Source: a virus (Duplodnaviria > Heunggongvirae > Uroviricota > Caudoviricetes). From it: 64,000 nucleotides of DNA. The DNA is taken from positions 64,001 to 128,000 of the IMG/VR virus record IMGVR_UViG_3300024999_000035; one strand, given 5' to 3'. Positions 9,053-17,949 of this stretch are shown piece after piece (position 1 is the stretch's first letter; each line of letters starts with the position of its first letter). A program made the translations under genes and the position numbers. The notes beneath the pieces were generated by a model, which was given only the letters and a program-made list of their open reading frames with translations, was not told the origin of the DNA and ran no database searches.

Positions 9053-9673
9053 TTACGTTGTTTTATTACTTTGTTTAATTGAATAATATAAAACCATTCC
9101 GGCAAATAACTTTATCAATATATCACCTGGACTCATTATTACATAAAAAATATCCCAAGTATCGGTTAAAAATATTAATTTTGTCGTGTAGTTACCCAAT
9201 ATATGAAAATCATTAAATACTGACGCTTTTTCAAACATATCAATCTTTGAAAACCCAATACTAATGCTGTTGCTTGGAAATACAGGCATTTTACCATTAT
9301 TATAAAACATAGCTAATTGATTTAATTTAGATCCTACTGTCGCACATAATGCCCCTATAATAACTGGTGATGTAAGCGATGTAATTAATTGTCCATTCTT
9401 TTTTATGTTAATATTTTTAAATACAGAAATATTAATTAGTTTATATTTAATAATTAACAATATGTAAAATAGAAATGTAACATCTTTTATACAACTACTA
9501 TATTGTAAAAACCAATATTCTCCGTGAATCATCAAATACACAATATATATGTTCAGTATACAAGTTAATATAATTGAATAAGCACTCCAATGTCTAAATA
9601 TTTTAAATATTTCAGACCATTTATATCCTTTGAATTTTGCAACCAAACAAGCAATAACTACTACTTCGATCAT
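9053..9673 (-). CDS. DUF5317-family membrane protein
   Basis: NNGKMPV...H......TKLIFLTD...SPGDILI motif; ATGA overlap with the agrB stop. Confidence 0.75.
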   Translation of the reverse strand: MIEVVVIACLVAKFKGYKWSEIFKIFRHWSAYSIILTCILNIYIVYLMIHGEYWFLQYSSCIKDVTFLFYILLIIKYKLINISVFKNINIKKNGQLITSLTSPVIIGALCATVGSKLNQLAMFYNNGKMPVFPSNSISIGFSKIDMFEKASVFNDFHILGNYTTKLIFLTDTWDIFYVIMSPGDILIKLFAGMVLYYSIKQSNKTT

Positions 9674-10356
9674 ATATGTCCTCCGTCAATCCATCTGAAA
9701 AATTTTGCTCCAATAGGTGTAATTGTAGATATTTCGAGCAATACTCCAAAAAAGACACTTGTACTAATTATTTGATGTGAATTTAAAAGCACAATACTTA
9801 AAAAACAACAAACTGTAACAAACAATATACTTCTATGCTTTTTTATATTACCATTATCACAATCTTTATCTGATTTATCTTCTCTTTCTTGAGGAGCATA
9901 TTTATAAGCTAAATATATACTAATTATATATCCAATTATTAAATATAAGTAATCTATATGTATTTGAGTTACTATCCATCCTAAAGAAAGAAAACATATT
10001 ATCATTGCCCCAAAACATTTATTAAAGGTAGATAAATGGGAACCGCCAGCAAAAACTCTTAAAACAGTGAAAATAGTCATTACAATAAAAACCGGAAGTG
10101 AAATACCTAAACATAAACATTTCGCTATAAATAAAACAATTAAATATTTAAGTATCTCACTATAAGCAAGAGTAATCCCGTTTTCTACCAATTGAAAGAT
10201 ATGCTCTGCATTAGTTTGTATATCTTTTTTCCTATGTGTTTTTATTACGTTGTTGACTTTTGAATAATGATCTTTATTAAATACCTCATTAATTGTATTT
10301 ATATTGATATTAAATATGCTTAAAGTTTTTTTAGTTAAAAAAGTTATGAAATCCAT
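9670..10356 (-). CDS. agrB: Accessory gene regulator B (AIP-maturing membrane peptidase)
   Basis: LRVFAGGSHLSTFNKC catalytic His/Cys motif; YKYAP; multiple TM segments. Confidence 0.92.
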   Translation of the reverse strand: MDFITFLTKKTLSIFNININTINEVFNKDHYSKVNNVIKTHRKKDIQTNAEHIFQLVENGITLAYSEILKYLIVLFIAKCLCLGISLPVFIVMTIFTVLRVFAGGSHLSTFNKCFGAMIICFLSLGWIVTQIHIDYLYLIIGYIISIYLAYKYAPQEREDKSDKDCDNGNIKKHRSILFVTVCCFLSIVLLNSHQIISTSVFFGVLLEISTITPIGAKFFRWIDGGHI

Positions 10357-10381
10357 ATTATACTAATTATATCTCTCCTTC

Positions 10382-10777
10382 TTAATTTGCATAAGCAACA
10401 TTATTTTTAGTTTCACCAAGATCAAACTGTATTCTCAATGCATCTGAAATCTTGCTCATTATGTAATTATCACAATGACCAATTTTTTCCACAAACATAC
10501 TTTTATTTAAAAGTTGTACTTGCTCGCAAAGTGCTACAGAAACTATCCTTAATCCAGTATCGGTTGAAATTTCCACGTGGGTAGGAATATATCGTTTTGA
10601 TTTTGTTGTCGTCGGCACCGCATGAATCACACTAGAATACTTACAACACATTGGATTCGCCACTACAATCATTGGACGCATAAAACCACCTTGGATAGAC
10701 CCTACTCCTTCACCTAGATTTACCAGAAAAATATCTCCTCTTCTTATCTCTTGTGAAACTTTATTTACTACTTGCAT
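10382..10777 (-). CDS. mazF: PemK/MazF-family endoribonuclease toxin
   Basis: RRGDIFLVNL...QGGFMRPMIVVAN...VPTTT...ALCEQVQLLNK; no MazE-like ORF adjacent. Confidence 0.88.
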   Translation of the reverse strand: MQVVNKVSQEIRRGDIFLVNLGEGVGSIQGGFMRPMIVVANPMCCKYSSVIHAVPTTTKSKRYIPTHVEISTDTGLRIVSVALCEQVQLLNKSMFVEKIGHCDNYIMSKISDALRIQFDLGETKNNVAYAN

Positions 10778-10917
10778 ATACTATCACCTTACCTTTATTT
10801 ATTCCCTTGGTAGATAGTATTGCCAACAGGTTGACCTTTATTCATTGTCCAACAAAATATTTATTTCTACATTCCAACCACATCCTTCCATCAACTTGAA
10901 CATCACACTTTGCATTC

Positions 10918-13090
10918 CTACTCCATTGGTGGAATCTTCAACCATTCCCACTTCATAATTCTTCTTACAATAGCAGTAAACAATACAATCATCAAAGCAG
11001 AAAGTAAAAACAATAAAGATCCTACACCTAAAGTTAATAATGTCTTTAATAATCCAAACATTTTCATTTCTTCTAATATACTTAATCCTAAAGTCCAAGA
11101 TCCAATCACTAATATTGATAATGCAACAATTAAAAGAATTCCACCAAATATCCATGATATAATTCTGCCCCATAAAGGTATTTTAGTTTCTGGTTTAAAT
11201 TCAATAATATCATCATCCATTATTATCTTCCTCCTCTTCATAAAATACAGGATGAGTAGCAATCATATCAATCAAAGTAACTCCCATCCACCAATACATA
11301 CTGGAATTACTTTTAGGTAATCCAATTATAGACAAAAGTATTATTGCTATCATTTGAATTAAAACAAATTTACTCCAATATCCTTTTATTTTATGCATAT
11401 AATCTCCTCTTTAAAATTAATTAATACTTATTACACTTCCTTTTATTACCATCTATAAACAATTTAACTTCTTAATATGTAAATTGCTCTGTAATAGCAG
11501 GATGCATCCACTTTTCCCAAGTAGTTTTTAAATCACACTCAAATATATTTGATTGCTCAACTAAAATCCCTGAAACTTTGGATAATTCTAATTTAAACAT
11601 TATTTTATCCTTTCTATTAAATTATTACTTTAACATTTACTTCCCTCCCCATGCACAAGCAAAAATATTCCAATCCACATTATAAAAAACCAAGCACTAG
11701 GACTTTGAGGTAAAATATTAATCGTAATATGTTTACGTTCTTTATTATTCTCACACATAATTAAACTCTCCTCCTATTTATATCCTTTTACTCACAACAT
11801 TCTTCACAAACATTTCTATGATAACCGCAATCAGGGCATATTTTAGGTTCTGGACAATAAATATGATAACTAGAAATATTTCCATCTTCTTCAATTCTCA
11901 TTTTACAAGCGTGATCTAATGGAAGTTCTTCTCCGCAAGAATGACATATACTACTGCTCATTTAATTTCCCCCCCTCCTTTTTTATACTTAATTTAAACC
12001 AGTTTATAAACTATCATTACTACCCTAGTGTTTTCAAAATGCCATTTAATTTCTAACACTTCCACTTCATCTTCATTACAATTAAGCCATTTATTAATAT
12101 CCTCTTCTAAATCAGATATTCTATCATTAATATTAACACGACTAAAAATCTTAATTTGAGTCAAACAATCATTTCCTTTCTACCCTTTAAAACTATTCTT
12201 TTATTTTATTTTATTTTACCTAAACTTAAAACACCAATTAGGAATATTACATTCTTTTCTAATATTATAAGGTCTACAAGCACATGTAATTTCTCTATTT
12301 CCTATACTACATATAACTTTTACATCATCGTCACAAAACCAATCATTAGGGTCTGGATCAGGCAATATTTGATGAGAAGAACAGTCAATACAATTCTTAA
12401 TAATATTATTATTCATTTATATAATCTCTCCTTTAGTAATTATTCCCACGCTTCTACCAAACTTTTACACACTTCATCGTAATTACATAATCTCATATTT
12501 AAACCTTTCTCATAACTCAAATACTCAGTAAACAAATAGTATTTACTTGCCATAAATTTACAATCTTCAATTTTATGACCATTCTCACTTTTACGCATTA
12601 AACAAGTATCATAACTTTGACATCCACAACATTTTAATTGACATATTTTACAGTTTGGTGTTTCTTTCATATGTCTTATTCCTTTCTTTTAATTAGTCTT
12701 CTTTAACAACCCAATACCCTTCTCTCAACCATTGTTTCATTCTCTTTTCTTCTATATATGATTGCTCTAATTCTCCATCTTCAATCCAAGTTATTTTATA
12801 CTTACCATCATTTTCTTTTTCTGCTCGGAATACGAAGTCACAATAAGGAAATAACTTTTTATTCTTTTCATCTAGTTCAAAATTAAATATGTCTTTCATG
12901 GGATACTCCTTTCTATTTTGAAGAATCAATTAACTCTATGATACAATTACTGATACCTGTTCTACATTTTTAGATGCAGGTTGAAGTTTCTCTTGATTTG
13001 CTTTTGCAAGAATTTCATTAAGACTACGAGTGTTTTGTGGTGCTCCAATTGCCTGTACGTCTACAATTTCTTGATAAGATGTTTTCATTA
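10918..13090 (-). other. Cluster of small hypothetical phage ORFs (10918-11262, 11213-11398, 12216-12416, 12440-12670, 12693-12929 and shorter ones)
   Basis: Consecutive short minus-strand ORFs with RBSs; no recognisable family. Confidence 0.6.
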
Positions 13091-13236
13091 TTAATTTCCT
13101 TCTTTCATAATTTTATTTATTAGTTTAAATGGAGTTTGTATTACTTTAAATTGGTTATGTATATACCTCTTTCCCCATGTCTCAATTCACATCCTTTCAA
13201 TATATAAAAGTTTTTCCTGAATCAACCTTATGATTC

Positions 13237-13266
13237 ATTATACATCGGTATTGAGTAGTTTGTCAA
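13237..13266 (-). promoter_or_regulatory. sigmaA promoter
   Basis: TTGACA-18-TATAAT. Confidence 0.7.
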
Positions 13267-13282
13267 GTATTTATTTTATGGT

Positions 13283-13834
13283 TTAATTCTCCTTATAATT
13301 AGGGCAATTCATTAGTTCTAACCTCAAATCATAATAATGTTCATATAATTCTGGACTGTGATATTCATACCATTTCAACCAATTATTATCTACCATCAAT
13401 TATCTTAATTCTGTTGCAGAAATAGGTATTTCAGAGCGTGGTACAACAATTTCCATAATATCTTTTATATCTTCAGGAGCAAACCATCCAGACCTAGATT
13501 CATCATTCCCATAAATCATAACATCTGGATTCTTTCCAATAATATCATGAACTTTATCAAGTAAATATCTACCCCATTCTACCGAAATATCATCTTCATT
13601 GGTTAAGTCTGGCAATCCACGAACAATAACATTATCGCTAGGATAAATTTCCTTAATCATTTTAATTCTTGTTTCTACACTAAATGGATTCCTAAATGTG
13701 ACTCTTTCTTGAGCAGAACCTACAAGAATTAACAATCTATCACACATAGTCAATGCTAAATCTGATAATGATTTGTGACCTATGTGGAATACATTGAAAC
13801 GACCTACCAATAATCCTATATCGTATTTATTCAC
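13283..13834 (-). pseudogene. Nicotinamide-mononucleotide adenylyltransferase (NadM/NadR-type) interrupted by an in-frame TAA at 13400-13402
   Basis: VGRFNVFHIGH (HIGH motif), GSAQ...RNPF, ISATELR; frame continues 38 codons after the TAA to a stop at 13283. Confidence 0.8.
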
Positions 13835-13905
13835 TTATCCTTCTCCTCTCTAATATTTATTTATTAATTTATAATAACACAATTTAACAAGATAAGTCAA
13901 CCTTT

Positions 13906-14499
13906 TTATTCAAAAACATTTATATCGTACACATTATTAATAGCATCTCTAAAGAATTCAATGTCTCCTAATCCAACTGGTTTAAAATTATGACAATCGG
14001 TTCCAACATTTAATCCGTATTTCTTTATTTTACATAATCCATGAACGTGACCAAATAAATTAAATTTAGTCTTATCGCAATCCTCTGGCCTATGAGTACA
14101 ATTATAACCTAAAAATGGTAATGTTTCTCCGCAATTATAAAATACTCTATGGAAATTAAAATCCTGCTCTAATTTTCTACATTCTGCATTAATTAAATCT
14201 ATATTACTTTGGTTAAAATGTGGATAATAAAAAGACTTAATAAATTCATCAATTGACATTCCTAAATCATCCATTTCATAATTACCACAAAGTAAAACTA
14301 TCTTTCCATTTAACACTTTTGAAACTTCATAATTACCGAAGTCACCTAGATGATATACAGTGTCTTCAGGGGTAACAACGCTGTTCCAATTATCAATCAT
14401 TACATTATCCATCTCTTCAACTGAATCAAAGGGTCTGCGACCAAATTTAAGAACTCTTTCACTTCCAAAATGGGTATCTGCTGTAAAATAGTAATTCAT
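13906..14499 (-). CDS. Calcineurin-like metallophosphoesterase
   Basis: ADTHFG, LGDFG, GNYE, GHVH motifs. Confidence 0.88.
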   Translation of the reverse strand: MNYYFTADTHFGSERVLKFGRRPFDSVEEMDNVMIDNWNSVVTPEDTVYHLGDFGNYEVSKVLNGKIVLLCGNYEMDDLGMSIDEFIKSFYYPHFNQSNIDLINAECRKLEQDFNFHRVFYNCGETLPFLGYNCTHRPEDCDKTKFNLFGHVHGLCKIKKYGLNVGTDCHNFKPVGLGDIEFFRDAINNVYDINVFE

Positions 14500-14618
14500 A
14501 TTTATTTCCTTTCTAACATCCTTTGAAATTTGATTTTTATGGGAATTTATGGTTTTAAAACCCTTGTGAGAGTAGGATTACAGGGTTGGGTTATTTTGTC
14601 AAATCATTAATTTACAAA

Positions 14619-15146
14619 TCACAACCCATATTTCTGATTTACTTGGCTACTAATCTTAGATTTCAACAAATCCATCTTAGGATTAATATCATTGATAACT
14701 TTTTCTGCTTGTTTTACTCTCTCAATATTAAATTCTAAAACTTCTTTTAACCATTTTAATCTACTACTCAATTTTTGCAAATCGTCTTCAGAATAAACTT
14801 TAGCAACACATTCCTCCGCTTTACGGTATGTATAAGTAATATCAAATATTTTATCCTTAATTTTAATAGAAGTCATAACCCCTGATTCATATGTCACTTT
14901 ATAATCATAGTCAATCTTACATTTCCCACAACTACGATTTCCCTTATCTACATTGTCACTATAGAAACCAGGAGCACACTGTCCTAATCCATAATCATCA
15001 AATTGACATGCTCCTGACTTAGTTTGATCTAACACTACCCTCTCAACATTATTACAATAAGGACATACAAAATTACCTACTACCATATCATAACATCCCA
15101 TTATATAATCAATCCTTTCAATTTTAATTTCCCTAGAAACCCACAT
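14619..15146 (-). CDS. Hypothetical protein with CxxC pairs
   Basis: CPYC...CGKC; C-terminal coiled coil. Confidence 0.65.
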   Translation of the reverse strand: MWVSREIKIERIDYIMGCYDMVVGNFVCPYCNNVERVVLDQTKSGACQFDDYGLGQCAPGFYSDNVDKGNRSCGKCKIDYDYKVTYESGVMTSIKIKDKIFDITYTYRKAEECVAKVYSEDDLQKLSSRLKWLKEVLEFNIERVKQAEKVINDINPKMDLLKSKISSQVNQKYGL

Positions 15147-15344
15147 TTCCTGGAACTATTCTAAAATACCAACTAATTTACTCATTAAAACACTTAAATT
15201 TACCGCACAATCTTTTATATGATCATAATTGTTGCTACAATATATAATAGAACCTAAATAAGAATCCATCCTAGAAATAATACTAGCAATTTCTTTATGT
15301 TCTTCTTGAGTTAAAATATATTGTTTTTTCATTATTTCATCTCC

Positions 15345-15704
15345 TTAAATTTCTTTATATGCTTTAACCAATTCTTCACCAAATTCTATATCTTTTCTAA
15401 TTTCACCTTCTACCGTTTTCTCATATTCTTTTATCTCTTGTTCGCTTAAATATTTTATGGCAGTAGGACACACATAAGTAACATTGACTTGCTTAATTTC
15501 ACCTTTGAATAATATATAAGTTGCTATGCTAAAATTAGATATTATTGCAACACTTAATAAAACTACAACCAATTCACTTTTAGGTATAATACCCTCTAAA
15601 TTTATGGATAATTCAAATAAACAAGCCAACATTATAGATAATGATATTCCCCATATTGTTCCTACTAGACTATGATTTAAATTATAATTAAATTTCTTAA
15701 ACAT
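15345..15704 (-). CDS. Hypothetical two-TM membrane protein
   Basis: Two hydrophobic segments; RBS. Confidence 0.6.
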   Translation of the reverse strand: MFKKFNYNLNHSLVGTIWGISLSIMLACLFELSINLEGIIPKSELVVVLLSVAIISNFSIATYILFKGEIKQVNVTYVCPTAIKYLSEQEIKEYEKTVEGEIRKDIEFGEELVKAYKEI

Positions 15705-15757
15705 TATTTATCTCCTTTCTCTAATCCTTCGAATACAATATTTCATTGTATAATATA

Positions 15758-15830
15758 TACTTAACTAACTTAACACAACTCATCGAAACTCAACTCAAAC
15801 CAACATATCTAAACCAAACCCAAAATGCTT
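15758..15830 (-). ncRNA. Sixth pentamer-repeat unit (putative guide RNA) after the accessory gene
   Basis: AAGCATTTT separator, then 11 regular NN-G(T/A)T periods (15767-15821) plus 2 degenerate periods. Confidence 0.8.
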
Positions 15831-15837
15831 ATCTTAA

Positions 15838-16302
15838 TCAAAAACTATTACTCAACACCAATTTACTCTTCTTTTTATTTAATAATTTTAACTCTGTGCA
15901 CCCACCAGCAATCATAGCATGAAGTGTCTTTGCTCTATCGGAAACATGTCTAAATGCTTCTAATCCCTCTTTTGACATTTCATTAACAGGGGCATATTGC
16001 AATACTTGATACCCCTTATCAATCTTATTAAATCCACTCTTAATATGTTTTAAAGATATATCAGTATATTCATCTGGATTAACGATTGAATATCCTTGAC
16101 CCGCTAAAGATTTAATAGTTTTACTTGCTTCAAGTAATTTCTTTTTTGTTTTACCAATAATAGAGTAATATTTTGGTGTATTTTGACTTTCTTTAATAAC
16201 TTCTTCAATTTCGCTATGTAATATTGTGGTAGCATAATCCATTTTTATAATATACTCAAATAGCAATTCCCATTTTTCTTTTTTGTTTACTAATTCATTC
16301 AT
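15838..16302 (-). CDS. Accessory protein (154 aa) embedded between array units, possible wHTH/coiled coil
   Basis: ATG at 16302 after AAGGAG; the track start at 16377 lies inside the array. Confidence 0.75.
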   Translation of the reverse strand: MNELVNKKEKWELLFEYIIKMDYATTILHSEIEEVIKESQNTPKYYSIIGKTKKKLLEASKTIKSLAGQGYSIVNPDEYTDISLKHIKSGFNKIDKGYQVLQYAPVNEMSKEGLEAFRHVSDRAKTLHAMIAGGCTELKLLNKKKSKLVLSNSF

Positions 16303-16333
16303 TTTTATATCTCCTTTATTATTTATTTTGCTT

Positions 16334-16682
16334 AAAGTGCCTAACTTAGCGAAGCCAATCGCAACACAAATTAACAAATCACAACGGAACTAAACTCGTC
16401 ATATCTGAACCTAAAATGCTCAACAAAACATATCTCATCTTATCTCAACATATCTGAACAAAACGAATCTCACCCCAACATAGAATTCATAACCTAACCC
16501 ATCTTGACTTACCTCATCGCATCTGAACGTATCTAAACGCAACTCGAAATGCTCAACTTAGCAGAACGTATCCCATCGTAACTCATCTCACCACATCTCA
16601 ATAAAACACAACATAAAATACTCAACCTAACTAATACAAAATAATAAAACTTAACACATCTGAATTTAGCAGATCCAATCCA
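16334..16682 (-). ncRNA. Array of five putative guide RNAs with 5-nt periodicity (G[T/A]T + NN), VIPR-like
   Basis: Units 16624-16680, 16555-16614, 16491-16545, 16422-16481, 16343-16412, separated by GAGTATTTT, GAGCATTTC, ATGAATTCT, GAGCATTTT, AGGCACTTT. Confidence 0.85.
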
Positions 16683-16693
16683 AAAACGCCCAT

Positions 16694-17272
16694 CTATTCT
16701 ACTTCTTCTACAACCGCAACAAATTGTCCATATTTAGGTCTGCTATCACATAATCCTACATATTTACCTGCAAAATCAATGCTTTGAATTACAGCTTCTA
16801 GATCAATTTGAGACTCTTCATAATTAACAAAGAAGGTAACTTGCCATGTATCGAATCTGGCTCTAGTTCTTAAAATTGAAGCATTATTTACTTTCATAAC
16901 TCTAACATCTCTGTACTTTAAATCTGCTTTCAATTGTTCTTTGGTAAGATTTTCTCCATATGCAAAAGGTATGTATAATGGTTCAACTGATAAGAATTTC
17001 TGAATTGCTGTACCTTTCTTAATAGATTTAGCTCCATTTCTAATTGTGGCCTCTACATTTTCTGCTGGCATAAAAGTTCCCATATTATCTTTCCAATACA
17101 AACCGCATTCCCACTCTAAATCTGCTATCATTTCATGATCTTCATCAGTTTTTGTTCTCTTACCCGTATATTTCTTTAGTTCCTTAGTTAGAGGATGAAG
17201 TGGGTTAACTCCTTGGTTTGAGTGCATAATTAATGGGGTAATACCTTTCCATGTAACTTTAAGTTTTTTCAT
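16694..17272 (-). CDS. RAMP/Cas7-like RNA-binding protein (putative Vipr-type effector)
   Basis: KGITPLIMH beta1, PAENVEATIRNGAK helix, RTRARFDTWQVTF, C-terminal Gly-rich loop AGKYVGLCDSRPKYGQF; array starts about 12 nt after the stop. Confidence 0.8.
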   Translation of the reverse strand: MKKLKVTWKGITPLIMHSNQGVNPLHPLTKELKKYTGKRTKTDEDHEMIADLEWECGLYWKDNMGTFMPAENVEATIRNGAKSIKKGTAIQKFLSVEPLYIPFAYGENLTKEQLKADLKYRDVRVMKVNNASILRTRARFDTWQVTFFVNYEESQIDLEAVIQSIDFAGKYVGLCDSRPKYGQFVAVVEEVE

Positions 17273-17318
17273 TTTTAAACTCCCTCTTTCTTTTTAATTA
17301 TTTATTGCTTACAAGTAA

Positions 17319-17347
17319 ATAATAACATGTTTATAGTAATTTGTCAA
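17319..17347 (-). promoter_or_regulatory. sigmaA promoter of the RAMP-array cassette
   Basis: TTGACA-17-TATTAT with extended TG. Confidence 0.85.
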
Positions 17348-17388
17348 TAATTATTTATTGATTTAAGCCCGATAAAATATTTGTTTCA

Positions 17389-17932
17389 TTACCAAAGAAT
17401 ATTTTTCATTATTTCATCTAATAATCTTTTAAATAAAATATTCATACCACCAATATTTAATCGATATTCAAAATTAACAATTATGTTTCTTAATTCATTT
17501 GCTAAATTATTTCTACCCTGTAATCTTGCGTCTTTAAGTTTTTTATTGTATTCTTCCCTAGTCATAATGACTTTTTCTATTTCAACTTCTTGCATTTCCT
17601 TAATGATTTCCATCTTACCACTCCTCCCTCTCTTTAGGATTCTCCCAATCTAAAAATTCCTTCTCTGCTCTTTCTCTACATTCTGGACAAAATCCTCTAC
17701 CCATTCCATCTGTACATAAATGAGCATTGCCATTTTTACCACAATACCAACAAGTATAAAAACTATTTTGTTTTGATGGATGCCAAGGACTGTTTGTACT
17801 ATCTTTATCTATGAATAAATGCCCACATTCTTGTTCAAACTCTTCATCAGTCATATTTTCAATGTGATCTGCGACTAATTTTAATTTTTCTTCCATTGGT
17901 AGATTTAATTTTTCTTTATCTGTCAATTCCAT
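17389..17932 (-). other. Two small hypothetical ORFs (17389-17613, 17615-17932)
   Basis: Coupled ORFs; the second has CxxC pairs. Confidence 0.6.
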
Positions 17933-17949
17933 TTATTTCACTCCTTTAT

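Noticed and set aside
5499-10777. Arbitrium aimR/aimP or a complete agrACBD two-component system
   Set aside because: No TPR/RRNPP receptor, histidine-kinase domain or LytTR response regulator is encoded in the window.
16303-16377. N-terminal extension MLICVAIGFAKLG... of ORF 15838-16377
   Set aside because: It starts inside the array without an RBS; the true start is the ATG at 16302 after AAGGAG.
16334-16682. Canonical CRISPR array or simple microsatellite
   Set aside because: No 23-47 bp direct repeats with unique spacers, and no cas1/2/3/5/6. The variable dinucleotides are not homogenised as in slippage repeats.
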